Source: Candidatus Krumholzibacteriota bacterium
GTDB taxonomy: Bacteria; Krumholzibacteriota; Krumholzibacteriia; JAJRXK01
Direction: 5' to 3'
Assembly (NCBI GenBank): GCA_963806035.1
Contig: CAWDWO010000026.1
Span: forward strand, 96,001-160,000
DNA length: 64,000 nucleotides
The first letter of the stretch is position 1, and every line of letters begins with the position of its first letter. Below are positions 29,693 through 39,476 of the stretch, piece by piece. A program made the position numbers and the translations under genes. A model generated the notes under the pieces. It ran no database searches, was not told where the DNA came from, and saw only the letters and a program-made list of their open reading frames with translations.

Positions 29693-31015
29693 ATGAACTC
29701 CTCTCTGGTCGCCATCGTGGGCCGGCCCAACGTCGGCAAATCGACCCTCTTCAATCGAATCACCCGCTCCCGATCCGCGGTGGTGCACGAGAGCGCGGGG
29801 GTGACGCGCGATCGTCACATTCGATCCGCCGAATGGAGCGGACACTACTTCACCCTCGCCGATACCGGAGGCATCATTCCCTTCGAGGAAGGCACGCCCT
29901 TCGAGCATGAGATCGCCGAGGTCGCGCGCGCCACCATGAAAATGGCTGACCTCGTTCTCTTCGTGGTGGAAGTGGGAAGCGGGATCACCGCCTACGACCA
30001 GGCACTCGCCTCCGAGCTGCACCGGCTCGAGCAACCGGTCCAGCTTGTGGTGAACAAGGTGGACAAGGAACTGGACCAGCTCGAGGCGGCGGAATTTTAT
30101 GCCCTGGGTTTTCCCGTTTTGCATCAGATCTCTGCGCTGCACGGGAGGGGAGTGGGTGACCTCCTGGATGCGGTGGTGGAGGTTCTACCTCCACGACAGT
30201 TCAAGCCTCAGACCGGCTTGCACCTGGCTCTGGTGGGCCGCCCCAACGTGGGCAAGAGCAGCCTTCTGAATGCGCTGACCGGTTCGGTCAGCAGTCTGGT
30301 GAGCGAGGTTCCCGGCACCACGCGCGACGCGCTGGACAGCCGGATTCGCTGGCACAATGAAGACGTGGTGCTGGTGGACACCGCGGGAATCCGCCGCCGC
30401 TTCAAGCACAACAAGGGAGTGGAGTACTTCTCGGTGCTGCGCTCGATCCAGGCCATCCAGCGCTGTGAGGTGGCGGTGCTGCTTCTGGATGCCACCGAGG
30501 GCGTGGTGGCTCAGGACGCGCGCGTGGCCAGCGAGATCCACGACGCGGGCAAGGGAGCGATCATCGCGGTCAACAAGTGGGACGCGATCCAGAAGGAGAC
30601 GATGACCTTCAAGCACTTCACCGACAAGATCCGCGAGGATCTGGCCTTTTTGAGCTATGCCCCGGTGGTCTCGATCTCCGCCCTGACGGGGACACGGACG
30701 CAGAAGATCCTGGAGATGGCTTGGGAAGTGGCGCGGGAACGTGAGAAAACGGTTGAAACAAGCCGCCTAAACAGCATACTGGAGGCGGCGAAGCAGAAAA
30801 ACCCTCCGCCGCTGCATCAGCACGGGACCGGGAAAATCTACTACGCGACGCAGACGGGAACCGCACCTCCGGTCTTCACGCTCTTTGTCAACCGGAGTGC
30901 CTATTTCCCGAGGAACTACCTGCGTTACCTGAACAATCGTATTCGTGAGGCGGTGGGATTCTCCGGCACCCGGATCCACCTCGCCCTCCGTGAGAAGGAG
31001 AGAGCCCGCAGATGA
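29693..31015 (+). CDS. der: Ribosome biogenesis GTPase Der (EngA)
   Basis: Two GRPNVGKS G-domains, DTGG/DTAG, NKVD/NKWD, KH-like C-terminus. Confidence 0.98.
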   Translation: MNSSLVAIVGRPNVGKSTLFNRITRSRSAVVHESAGVTRDRHIRSAEWSGHYFTLADTGGIIPFEEGTPFEHEIAEVARATMKMADLVLFVVEVGSGITAYDQALASELHRLEQPVQLVVNKVDKELDQLEAAEFYALGFPVLHQISALHGRGVGDLLDAVVEVLPPRQFKPQTGLHLALVGRPNVGKSSLLNALTGSVSSLVSEVPGTTRDALDSRIRWHNEDVVLVDTAGIRRRFKHNKGVEYFSVLRSIQAIQRCEVAVLLLDATEGVVAQDARVASEIHDAGKGAIIAVNKWDAIQKETMTFKHFTDKIREDLAFLSYAPVVSISALTGTRTQKILEMAWEVAREREKTVETSRLNSILEAAKQKNPPPLHQHGTGKIYYATQTGTAPPVFTLFVNRSAYFPRNYLRYLNNRIREAVGFSGTRIHLALREKERARR

Positions 31016-31644
31016 ATCCTTGGCTGGCCGTACTCGTCGCCCTCTTCGTCGGATACCTCTTCGGTTCCTTTCCCACCTCCTATCTGCTCGGGCGGCGCAA
31101 GGGCGTCGATCTGAGGGTCGAGGGAAGCGGAAACCTGGGCGCGACGAACGCCTTCCGCGTCCTGGGACCCGTCACCGCCAGCCTGGTGCTTCTGGTCGAT
31201 CTCTTCAAGGGAGCTTTCCCGGTCTGGCTGGCGCTGTCGGATCGACTGGCCGCGGCCGGTCCGACCGCGGACGCGCTGGCGCTCGCCGCCGCGATGGGGG
31301 CGGTCCTGGGACACGCCTTCAGCCCCTGGGTGGGCTTCCGCGGCGGCAAGGGAGTCGCCACCGCGGCCGGCGCCTTTTTGACCCTGGCCCCCTGGGGCGC
31401 GCTGCCCGCTTTCGGCATCTGGATCATCCTGCTGCTCAGCACACGCATCATGAGCATCGCGAGCATCGCGGCCGCGGCGGCGCTTCCCGTCACCCTCCTG
31501 GTTCACACCCTGAGCCATCCCTCGGCCCAACCGCGCTGGGCCACCCTGATCGCCTCGGTCGTGTTGGGCGCGCTCATTCTCCTGCGGCACCGCGAGAACC
31601 TGCGCCGCCTGCGTCGCGGGGAGGAGAAACCTCTGTGGTCGTGA
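31012..31644 (+). CDS. plsY: Glycerol-3-phosphate acyltransferase PlsY
   Basis: GSGNLGATN, GH.FS...FRGGKGVAT, HRENL.RL..G.E. Confidence 0.96.
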   Translation: MNPWLAVLVALFVGYLFGSFPTSYLLGRRKGVDLRVEGSGNLGATNAFRVLGPVTASLVLLVDLFKGAFPVWLALSDRLAAAGPTADALALAAAMGAVLGHAFSPWVGFRGGKGVATAAGAFLTLAPWGALPAFGIWIILLLSTRIMSIASIAAAAALPVTLLVHTLSHPSAQPRWATLIASVVLGALILLRHRENLRRLRRGEEKPLWS

Positions 31645-32672
31645 ACGAGTCGATCGCGGTCTTGGGGGCCGGGTCCTGGGGCACCGCCTTGGCGCTGAGC
31701 GCCGACGCGGCCGGACATGAGACGCGACTCTGGGCACGACGCCAGGAACTCGTTCGCGAACTCAGCGAAGGCAGCAATCAAAAATACCTGCCGGGGATCC
31801 AGCTGAGCCGGACCCTGAAGGCGAGCGACTCGCTGCAGGAATCCGTCCGGGGGGTAAGGGTGATCGTCCTCGCGGTGCCCGCTTCCTCCGTGGCGCAGCT
31901 ATGCGAACGGCTTTGCGAATGCCAGCTCGAGGAAGCGGCAGTGGTGGTGTGCGCGGCCAAGGGTCTGGAAGAAAAGACGGGACGGCGCATGAGCCAGGTG
32001 ATGGCGGAGACTCTTCCTCTGAGCACGCAGCGGCAGATGACCTTACTCGGCCCCTCGCACGCCGAAGAAGTCGCGCGTCAGCTTCCCACCGCGGTGGTTC
32101 TTTCCGGGGGGGAGGCGGAGCGCGCCAAGCGTGTGCAGGAAGCGCTTTCGACCAACTGGTTGAGGATTTACACGAACGACGATCAGGCGGGCACCGAATA
32201 CGCCGCGGCGCTGAAGAACATCTTGGCCATCGCGGCCGGAATGTGCGACGGGCTCGGTTTGGGAGACAACACCAAGGGCGCGCTTCTCACGCGCGGTTTG
32301 GCCGAGATCTCCCGGCTGGGAGTGGCGCTCGGCGGACGCAGCGAGACTTTCTACGGACTCTCCGGCGTGGGCGACGTGATCACCACCTGTCTGAGCCGTC
32401 ACTCGCGCAATCGCGCGCTGGGGGAGAGAGTCGCCAGGGGCGAGAGCCTCGGCAGCGCCATGGACGCCATCGGACAGACGGTGGAGGGAGTGAGCACGGT
32501 GCGCACCACTGTCGCTCTGGCCGAGAAGCACCAGGTCAAGATGCCCATCAGTCGCCAGGTGCTTGCCGTGCTCGACGAGGGCAAGGACCCGAGCCGTGCC
32601 ATCGATGAACTCATGGGACGAGCCCTGCGTTCCGAAAGAGAAATTGCATCCGCGAAGAGGAGGGGGTCATGA
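31641..32672 (+). CDS. gpsA: NAD(P)H-dependent glycerol-3-phosphate dehydrogenase
   Basis: GAGSWGTAL, KGLE, GPSHA.EV, ALKNI.AIA.G, GD...TC.S..SRN. Confidence 0.96.
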   Translation: MNESIAVLGAGSWGTALALSADAAGHETRLWARRQELVRELSEGSNQKYLPGIQLSRTLKASDSLQESVRGVRVIVLAVPASSVAQLCERLCECQLEEAAVVVCAAKGLEEKTGRRMSQVMAETLPLSTQRQMTLLGPSHAEEVARQLPTAVVLSGGEAERAKRVQEALSTNWLRIYTNDDQAGTEYAAALKNILAIAAGMCDGLGLGDNTKGALLTRGLAEISRLGVALGGRSETFYGLSGVGDVITTCLSRHSRNRALGERVARGESLGSAMDAIGQTVEGVSTVRTTVALAEKHQVKMPISRQVLAVLDEGKDPSRAIDELMGRALRSEREIASAKRRGS

Positions 32673-33034
32673 ACGCCGAGCTTCCGGAGAAGCTCTACTA
32701 CAGCATCAGTGAGGTGGCCAAGATGACCGGGGTGAAGCCGCACGTGCTTCGCTACTGGGAGGCGGAGTTCCCGACCCTGCGCCCCAAGAAGAACCGCGCC
32801 GGCAACCGCAGCTACCGCCAGCGCGACATCGACGAACTGAAGGCCATCAAGCACCTCCTCTACGAGGAGGGCTACAAGATCGACGGAGCGCGGCGCATCC
32901 TCGCCGACCGCGAGGCACGCGAGGAAGCGGTGGGACCCAAGCCCCCCAAGAAGGACCCCCGCGACGCGTTGATCGAGGAGCTGCGCCAGGGACTCAAAGA
33001 AATCCTTCAGGTGATCGACGAACTGAAGTCCTGA
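32669..33034 (+). CDS. MerR-family transcriptional regulator
   Basis: YYSISEVA...HVLRYWE.EF..L.P.K...R.Y; upstream of tRNA-Pro. Confidence 0.92.
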   Translation: MNAELPEKLYYSISEVAKMTGVKPHVLRYWEAEFPTLRPKKNRAGNRSYRQRDIDELKAIKHLLYEEGYKIDGARRILADREAREEAVGPKPPKKDPRDALIEELRQGLKEILQVIDELKS

Positions 33035-33056
33035 GAGGGAGTTGGCTGCGCCGAGC

Positions 33057-33084
33057 TTGCATTCGGCGGGGCCTATGGTATCTT
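33057..33084 (+). promoter_or_regulatory. Putative promoter for tRNA-Pro
   Basis: TTGCAT-N16-TATCTT with TG extension. Confidence 0.5.
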
Positions 33085-33116
33085 TGCTCTCCCCTGGCGT
33101 CTTCTCAACGTCTGGT

Positions 33117-33193
33117 CGGGGCGTGGCGCAGTCCGGTAGCGCACTTGCATGGGGGGTAAGTGGTCGCTGGTTCAAATCCAGTCGCCCCGACCA
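33117..33193 (+). tRNA. tRNA-Pro(GGG)
   Basis: CGGGGCG acceptor stem, anticodon arm CTTGC-AT GGG GG-GTAAG, GTTCAAAT, CCA. Confidence 0.93.
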
Positions 33194-33222
33194 AGCATTT
33201 CTCTCGCCGTCGATCGCGTCCC

Positions 33223-34071
33223 TTGCTCACCTGGATCCTCTACCTCAGTGCGGGATGGTTGAGCGGGCGCCTGCCGCGCTGGCTGGGCCTGAAGATCACC
33301 TTCTGGGTGGCGGTGATTTTCCGTTGGACGCATCCGCAAACCGTGCGAATCGTGGAGCACAATCTCGAGGGGATCGAGAGGGCCATGGGCCGTCCTTACG
33401 ACCCGCTCATGGTTCCCGAGGTCTTCGACGCCTTCGCGCGATCGGTCTACGAATTCGTGAGTCTTCCGCACCGCAGCACCACCGAGATCCTGCAACGCTA
33501 CCGCGTGGTTCGTGGGGAGGAGTTCCTGCATCGCCGCTTGGGGGAGGGGCTTCTCATCCTCTCGGCCCATCTGGCGGGCTGGGAGATGGGAGGCGCGTGG
33601 CTGGCGGAAAATCTCGGCCCCTTTCACACCGTCGCGCTCGAGCATCCTTCCAAAAAAGTGACGGAGTACTTCACGCAACGGCGCGCGCAGCGTGGCATCA
33701 TCGTTCATCCTCTGGGAAGATCGTACCGGCCTCTTCTGGAAGCACTGCAACGCGGGGAGACGGTGGTTCTGCTCTGCGACCGCAATTTCGCCTCGGGGGG
33801 GACGAGCGTGGAATTTTTCGGGCGTGAGGCCAAGTTCCCCGACGGCTATCTGAGACTGGCGCGTGAATCCGGCGCGCGAATCCTGCCGATCTTCGCCCGC
33901 CGCGTGGGAAGTTCGACCGAACTGAGGATCGAAGAGCCCCTGCGAGTAGAAGAGGGGGGCGAGGGGGAATGCTTGCGGAAGATCGTCGGTCTGCTCGAAA
34001 AGCACGTGGGCAGAAATCCCGAACAGTGGGCGCGCTTTACCCCGATCTGGGAGGAGGAGAGCGATGAGTGA
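33223..34071 (+). CDS. Lysophospholipid / lipid A-type acyltransferase (LpxL/PatA family)
   Basis: AHLAGWE catalytic HxxxxE, LLCDR, VEFFG, PEQW...P.W; TTG start inferred. Confidence 0.85.
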   Translation: MLTWILYLSAGWLSGRLPRWLGLKITFWVAVIFRWTHPQTVRIVEHNLEGIERAMGRPYDPLMVPEVFDAFARSVYEFVSLPHRSTTEILQRYRVVRGEEFLHRRLGEGLLILSAHLAGWEMGGAWLAENLGPFHTVALEHPSKKVTEYFTQRRAQRGIIVHPLGRSYRPLLEALQRGETVVLLCDRNFASGGTSVEFFGREAKFPDGYLRLARESGARILPIFARRVGSSTELRIEEPLRVEEGGEGECLRKIVGLLEKHVGRNPEQWARFTPIWEEESDE

Positions 34072-34771
34072 TCCGGTGCTCGCGATTCTTCCTGCCTACA
34101 ACGTGGCCCGCCATCTTCCCGAACTCCTGCCGCGCATCCTCAAACTCACGCCCGCGGTACAAGCCCTCGTGGTCGACGATGGCTCGAACGATCAGAGCGC
34201 GGAGGTGGCACGAAAGCTGGGCGCGGAGGTGGTGGTGCACCCGAGGAACCTGGGCAAGGGCGAGGCTCTCAAGACGGGCTTCGCCTACCTGCTGGAAGGA
34301 GCTTATCGGGCCTGCATCACCCTCGACGCCGACGGCCAGCATCTCCCCGAGGAGATCCCGCGCTTTTTGAGCGCTTGGGAAGGGGGAGCCCTGGTGGTGG
34401 TGGGCAACCGCATGGCGGAGAACGAGAGGATGCCCTGGCTCAGAAAACGCACCAACGAGGTGATGTCCCACATCGTCAGTGCTCTGGCCTCACAGCGAAT
34501 CGACGATTCGCAGTGCGGATTCCGTCTCATCGACGCCCGCGTGCTGCGCGCGATGCACCTCGAATCCAGCCGCTACGATCTTGAATCCGAGATCTTGATC
34601 AAGGCCGGGCGCTTGGGCTACCCTGTGGCCTCCGTGGCGATCAGTACGGTGTATCATGACGAAGAGAGCTCCATCCATCCCCTGGTGGACACGGTTCGAT
34701 TCTTGAGGCTCCTCTGGCGCTCCCGGCAGTGGATTCGCAAACCCGGAGAACAGACCGCCGGACCGAAGTAG
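34064..34771 (+). CDS. Family 2 glycosyltransferase (polyprenol-phosphate glycosyltransferase-like)
   Basis: ILPAYN, VDDGS.D, NLGKG.AL, LDADGQH, DSQCGFR. Confidence 0.92.
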   Translation: MSDPVLAILPAYNVARHLPELLPRILKLTPAVQALVVDDGSNDQSAEVARKLGAEVVVHPRNLGKGEALKTGFAYLLEGAYRACITLDADGQHLPEEIPRFLSAWEGGALVVVGNRMAENERMPWLRKRTNEVMSHIVSALASQRIDDSQCGFRLIDARVLRAMHLESSRYDLESEILIKAGRLGYPVASVAISTVYHDEESSIHPLVDTVRFLRLLWRSRQWIRKPGEQTAGPK

Positions 34772-34785
34772 CGCGAGGCACGTTC

Positions 34786-35556
34786 ATGCACATTCTTCTC
34801 ACCAACGATGACGGCATCCACGCCGAAGGACTGCGGCGCCTGGAGGCGGGACTCAAGGAATCGATGCCCAATGCGCGCATCTCGGTCTGCGCGCCCGACC
34901 GCGAACAGAGCGCGAGTTCCCATGCCCTGACTCTCACCTCGCCTCTGCGCATCACTCGTCACGGGAAGGACAAGTACTCCGTGACGGGCACGCCGACCGA
35001 CTGCGTCTTGCTCGCCCTGCGCGCGATCTTCGAGGACGAACTGCCCGAGCTCGTCATCTCCGGAATCAACCACGGCCCGAACATGGGGGAGGACATCCTC
35101 TACAGCGGCACCGTCGCGGCCGCGATGGAGGGGACCATCTGTGGGCTGCCCAGCATCGCGCTCTCCTTGGGATCGAGAGGCTTGAGCGAGGAAGAATTCG
35201 AGACGGCGGATCACCTGGTCCGCGAAATCCTTCCTCAGTGGCTCGAGCGCGGACTGCAGGGTCAGATGCTCTTGAACGTGAACGTTCCCGCCAAACCACT
35301 CAGCGCGGTCAAGGGAATGCGCGTGTGCAAGCTGGGCTCGAGAATCTACCAGGATGTGATCACTCGTAAGGTGGATCCGCGCGGCAAGGAATACTTCTGG
35401 ATCGGAGGCGACCCGCTTCCCCAGAGCGATGACGAGAGCACCGACTTCGGTCTTCTGAGTTCGGGTTGGATCACGGTGACCCCTCTGCACCTCGACATGA
35501 CCGATTACAAGGCCATGGTTCAGGGGGAGGATTTGGTGCGCGCATGGCCGAAGTGA
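34786..35556 (+). CDS. surE: 5'/3'-nucleotidase SurE
   Basis: ILLTNDDG, GTPTDCV, SGINHGPN, YSGTVAAAMEG. Confidence 0.97.
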   Translation: MHILLTNDDGIHAEGLRRLEAGLKESMPNARISVCAPDREQSASSHALTLTSPLRITRHGKDKYSVTGTPTDCVLLALRAIFEDELPELVISGINHGPNMGEDILYSGTVAAAMEGTICGLPSIALSLGSRGLSEEEFETADHLVREILPQWLERGLQGQMLLNVNVPAKPLSAVKGMRVCKLGSRIYQDVITRKVDPRGKEYFWIGGDPLPQSDDESTDFGLLSSGWITVTPLHLDMTDYKAMVQGEDLVRAWPK

Positions 35557-36203
35557 ATTCCTTCGCCCGCGAACGTTTCAGCATGATCGAGCATCAGCTG
35601 CGCGGACAGGGCATCAGCGACGAACGCGTTCTTCAGGCGATGGGACGCTTGCCCCGGCATCGCTTCCTGCCACCGGAGCAGTGGGGTGAGGCCTACGCGC
35701 CGCGCGCGATTCCGATCGCGCAGCAGCAGACTCTCAGTCAGCCCTTCATCGTGGCCACCATGACGCAAGCTCTCGCGCTGCGCGGAGGGGAGAGGGTGCT
35801 GGAGATCGGGACCGGCAGCGGATACCAGGCCGCGGTGCTCGCTCTGCTCGGCGCCAGAGTGTACAGCGTGGAACGCCACGCGAGTTTGGCGCAGCGGGCG
35901 CGCGAAGTTCTCGACGAACTCGAGATTCCCGGCATCGAGTTGAGCATCGGCGACGGGAGTCTGGGTTGGCCCGAGGAGGCGCCTTTCGACGGCATCCTGG
36001 TGACGGCCGCCGCCCCCGCGCTGCCCGGCGCATTGCTGAAGCAGCTGGCCGATCCGGGTCGACTGGTGGCCCCGGTGGGCAACCAGCACCTCCAGACGCT
36101 GGTCATCGTGCGGCGCGAGAACGGAGAGGACGCGCAGGAGCAGGGCTGCGCCTGCCGCTTCGTTCCGCTTTTGGGGGAGGGAGGATTCGCCGGTGAAGAG
36201 TGA
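35544..36203 (+). CDS. pcm: Protein-L-isoaspartate O-methyltransferase
   Basis: PRHRF, QTLSQP, LEIGTGSGYQAA, GDGSLGWPEEAPFD, FVPL. Confidence 0.96.
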   Translation: MAEVNSFARERFSMIEHQLRGQGISDERVLQAMGRLPRHRFLPPEQWGEAYAPRAIPIAQQQTLSQPFIVATMTQALALRGGERVLEIGTGSGYQAAVLALLGARVYSVERHASLAQRAREVLDELEIPGIELSIGDGSLGWPEEAPFDGILVTAAAPALPGALLKQLADPGRLVAPVGNQHLQTLVIVRRENGEDAQEQGCACRFVPLLGEGGFAGEE

Positions 36204-36678
36204 GATTCTCACCTGGGCCGCGCATCTGCCCCAGCCTCTCTCCACCGTCATCGTGGCCGCTTTGCCCATTCTGGAGTTGCGAGGTTCGATTCCCTGGGCC
36301 ATCGGGGTGGGGGGGCTCTCGCCGCTCTCGGCCTACCTCTGGTCGGTGCTGGGCAACATGATTCCCATCCCCTTTTGGCTCTTACTCTTGGGGCGCATTG
36401 AAAAGAGTTTGCGGCGCTTTGAGTGGTTTGATAAGTTCTTTTGCTGGCTGTTCGCCCGCACCCGACGCAAGGCCAGCATGGTGGAGCGCCACGGCGCCTG
36501 GGGCCTCATACTCTTCGTCGCGGTGCCGCTGCCGGTGACGGGGGCATGGACGGGAGCGATCGCGGCTTATCTTTTTGATCTTTCGCCGCGCCGGGCACTT
36601 CCCGCCATCTTGGCGGGTGTCTGTTGCGCGGGAATCGTCGTAACCTTGACGGTGCAGGGGATCATCCACATTTGGTAG
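36193..36678 (+). CDS. COG2426-type (small multidrug export family) membrane protein
   Basis: P.LELRGSIP and LFVAVPLPVTGAWTG motifs. Confidence 0.88.
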   Translation: MKSEILTWAAHLPQPLSTVIVAALPILELRGSIPWAIGVGGLSPLSAYLWSVLGNMIPIPFWLLLLGRIEKSLRRFEWFDKFFCWLFARTRRKASMVERHGAWGLILFVAVPLPVTGAWTGAIAAYLFDLSPRRALPAILAGVCCAGIVVTLTVQGIIHIW

Positions 36679-36694
36679 GTGAAGAGTTCAGGGT

Positions 36695-36772
<78 letters not shown>

Positions 36773-36788
36773 CGATTCCTTCTTCGCG

Positions 36789-37481
36789 TTGCGCGAGGAC
36801 GAGTTGGTGCTCGGTAGACCTTGGCGACATTCGTTTTTTTCCCTCGTCATTATCGCGTTCGTTGTGGGTGCAGCCGCGCCGAGCCGAGCTGGTGACGAGA
36901 TCTTCGTGCGAGTACGCCGCGGCGATACCCTGTTCAAGATCGCGCGCGCGTTCAATACCACGGTGGGGCAGATCCGTAAGGCGAACCACCTGCAGGGAGA
37001 TCTCATCCGACCTGGAGAGCGCCTGGACTTGGGGGGAGCGGGGGGAGTCAGCAAGAAGCGCACACGACACTTCGAGGGAGAGCTGCCGATCCAGGGAATT
37101 CGCAAGCGTGACATCGTGGCGAGCTTCGGCGAGAAACAGGACGCCCGTCACAAGAGAGTCGTGGAACGCCACACCGGGCTCGATCTGCGCGCCCGCGAAG
37201 GCACGCAGATTCTGGCCTGCGCCAACGGTGTCGTTCGCTTCGTCGGCGACCTCAGCGGCTACGGTCGGCTGGTGGTGCTGGAACACGACGGAGGATGGCG
37301 CAGCGTCTATGGACCGTGCGATCCCAATCACATCAAGGTCGAAGTGAACGAGGCGGTCTACGCGGGACAGGAATTGGCGCGACTCGGCCAAGGAGTCGAG
37401 CGCAGCAAGCCCGCGCTGCACTTCGAAATTCGCAGGGGCGAGCAAGCGGTCGACCCCGCGCAGCACCTGCGTTGGAATTGA
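36789..37481 (+). CDS. LysM + M23 peptidase-domain protein (NlpD-like); start uncertain
   Basis: VRRGDTL..IA..F LysM; HTGLD, GYGRLVVLEH, LHFEIR; the second metal His appears replaced (SVYGP). Confidence 0.85.
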   Translation: MREDELVLGRPWRHSFFSLVIIAFVVGAAAPSRAGDEIFVRVRRGDTLFKIARAFNTTVGQIRKANHLQGDLIRPGERLDLGGAGGVSKKRTRHFEGELPIQGIRKRDIVASFGEKQDARHKRVVERHTGLDLRAREGTQILACANGVVRFVGDLSGYGRLVVLEHDGGWRSVYGPCDPNHIKVEVNEAVYAGQELARLGQGVERSKPALHFEIRRGEQAVDPAQHLRWN

Positions 37482-37498
37482 GAGTCCGGGAGGGAAGC

Positions 37499-38011
37499 AT
37501 GGATCTGCGCGACTACATCCAGGAGATTCCCGACTTCCCCAAGCCGGGGATTCTCTTTCGCGACATCACGCCGCTCTTGAACGCGCCGGAGGCCTTTCGC
37601 GCGTGTATCGCGCGCTTCGAGCAGCGCTACCAATCCGGGAGGATCGACCGCGTGCTGGGAGTGGAGAGCCGCGGCTTTCTCTTCGGCGCTCCGCTGGCTC
37701 TCGCTCTGGGCGTGGGCTTCGTGCCGGTGCGCAAGCAGGGCAAGCTGCCGCAAACGACGCTGCAGCGCAGCTACGACTTGGAGTATGGCAGCGCCACCCT
37801 GGAGATCCATCGTGATGCCCTCAAGCGCGGCGAGAGGGTGGTCGTGATGGACGATCTCCTGGCCACCGGTGGCACGGCGCGTGCCGCGGCCGAGCTGGTC
37901 GAGGAGGCCGGAGCCAAGGTGGAGGAGTTGGCCTTCGTCATCGAACTGGCCGGACTGGGGGGGAGGCAGCAGCTTTCCTGGCCGGTCCACACCCTGCTGG
38001 TCTATGACTAG
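37499..38011 (+). CDS. apt: Adenine phosphoribosyltransferase
   Basis: PDFPKPGILFRDIT, ESRGF, RK.GKLP, YDLEYG, DDLLATGGT. Confidence 0.97.
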   Translation: MDLRDYIQEIPDFPKPGILFRDITPLLNAPEAFRACIARFEQRYQSGRIDRVLGVESRGFLFGAPLALALGVGFVPVRKQGKLPQTTLQRSYDLEYGSATLEIHRDALKRGERVVVMDDLLATGGTARAAAELVEEAGAKVEELAFVIELAGLGGRQQLSWPVHTLLVYD

Positions 38012-38027
38012 CCAGGGCGCGCTTTGA

Positions 38028-38101
38028 GCCCCAGTAGCTCAGGTGGATAGAGCACAGGTTTCCTAAACCTGGTGTCGCAGGTTCGAGTCCTGCCTGGGGC
38101 A
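38028..38101 (+). tRNA. tRNA-Arg(CCT), CCA not encoded
   Basis: Cloverleaf, CAGGT-TT CCT AA-ACCTG anticodon arm, GTTCGAG. Confidence 0.95.
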
Positions 38102-38127
38102 GACTGATTTTCGGCGGAGGGGCCATC

Positions 38128-38156
38128 TTGACCGCTTCCGCAAGACCCACTACTCT
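38128..38156 (+). promoter_or_regulatory. Sigma-70-type promoter
   Basis: TTGACC-N17-TACTCT. Confidence 0.55.
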
Positions 38157-38215
38157 TCCACGGATCGCGTGGAACGCAAAGAATGGCCGGCGCTTAGGCC
38201 GGGGAGGTTGAAACC

Positions 38216-38896
38216 GTGGCGAAGGGCAAGTTCACCAAGCAGGAACTTCGGCATGACGCGTTTTCTGAAAACGTGGCAAAGGGTTATAGCTATCTTCAGA
38301 CCAATTTTCTGAAGGTGTTTCTCGCCGTGGTGCTGGTGGCGGTCGTCGTTTTGGGGACCGTCTACTTTCGCCAGAGCCAGATGCACAGCAGCCAGGAGGC
38401 CTCCCATCTCCTGGCGCAGGCCGCGACCCAGTACAATTCCACTTCCTACAGCGAGTGCCTGCTCACGGTGGAAGATCTCATCCAGCGCTTCGGCAGCCGC
38501 AAAGAGGGAAAGACAGCCCTGTACTACGCCGGCGCCAGCCACCTGGCCCTGGGCGAGAACGAGGCTGCGATCAAGAGCTTTCGTGAGTATCTCGAAAGGA
38601 AGCCGGACGGCTTCTACGCGCACAGCGCCCAGTCTGGCTTGGGCCTTGCTCTGGAAGGTGCCGGGCAGAACCAGGAGGCCCTCGCGCAGTTCGACGCGCT
38701 CTTGAAGCAGCTGAAGCCCGACGACTTCCTCTACACCTCGACCGCCTTCGCGGAAGCGCGGGTGCTGGAGAAAATGGGGCAGCGCGAGCAGGCCATCACC
38801 GTGCTTCTGCCGCTGTCGCGTAGCTCGGACTTTCAGACCAAGCAGGAAGCCAACACCAAGATCCAGGTCCTGAGAGCGCAGATCAGCAATTCCTAA
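38216..38896 (+). CDS. Single-TM TPR protein (YfgM-like)
   Basis: K.ELRHD.F N-terminus, one TM helix, TPR helices. Confidence 0.75.
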   Translation: MAKGKFTKQELRHDAFSENVAKGYSYLQTNFLKVFLAVVLVAVVVLGTVYFRQSQMHSSQEASHLLAQAATQYNSTSYSECLLTVEDLIQRFGSRKEGKTALYYAGASHLALGENEAAIKSFREYLERKPDGFYAHSAQSGLGLALEGAGQNQEALAQFDALLKQLKPDDFLYTSTAFAEARVLEKMGQREQAITVLLPLSRSSDFQTKQEANTKIQVLRAQISNS

Positions 38897-38947
38897 GCGT
38901 CAGAGCGTCGCGCCCCTGGCGCGCGCCAGGCCGGGAGGAAACGCAGG

Positions 38948-39328
38948 ATGACCGATCAGGAAGCCACGAGCTCAACTCCCATGGGCGAGACCAAACAGCG
39001 CTGGCTGGCCGCCATCGCGTATCTGGGACCCGTTTCACTCTTCTCTTTGAGCCGCAAGAACAAGCCCGCCTTCCTACGCGACCACGCGCGCCAGGCCTTC
39101 GCGCTCTTTCTGGTGGAAGCCGCGGTGATCTGCTTTCTCATCATCGTGAGCAACACGGTGGGGAGGATCCCCGTGCTGGGCTTCCTGGTGGAGATCCTGC
39201 TCGAGCTGGTCGCCTTCGCGTCCTTCCTCATCCTGAGCATCCTGGGCTTCGTGAAGGCCCTGGCCGGGGAGAGCTTCGGCATCCCGGTGCTCGAGGACTA
39301 CGCCGAGAAGATCCCGGCCGGCGACTGA
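38948..39328 (+). CDS. Small membrane protein (DUF4870-like)
   Basis: LAAIAYL...F...HARQA..L...IP.LG...KAL.GE.F.IP pattern. Confidence 0.75.
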   Translation: MTDQEATSSTPMGETKQRWLAAIAYLGPVSLFSLSRKNKPAFLRDHARQAFALFLVEAAVICFLIIVSNTVGRIPVLGFLVEILLELVAFASFLILSILGFVKALAGESFGIPVLEDYAEKIPAGD

Positions 39329-39406
39329 AGAGACCCCGCACACGGCAAATACGATCAGAGGGGGGATTCGAGGGTCTCGGGTCCGTGCCCGTGCGCTTCC
39401 TGTATA

Positions 39407-39434
39407 ATTGCGCATAAGATGCATTATGTTAACT
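39407..39434 (+). other. Chromosome dimer resolution site dif (XerC/XerD)
   Basis: ATTGCGCATAA-GATGCA-TTATGTTAACT compared with E. coli dif GGTGCGCATAA-TGTATA-TTATGTTAAAT; AT-rich gap where gene orientation switches. Confidence 0.9.
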
Positions 39435-39454
39435 TCCGCATCAGATACAAAGGA

Positions 39455-39476
39455 AGGGAGATTCGCCGATCTCCCT
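39455..39476 (-). terminator. Hairpin, probable trxA terminator
   Basis: AGGGAGAT-tcgccg-ATCTCCCT, followed by TCCTTTGT on the - strand. Confidence 0.5.
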
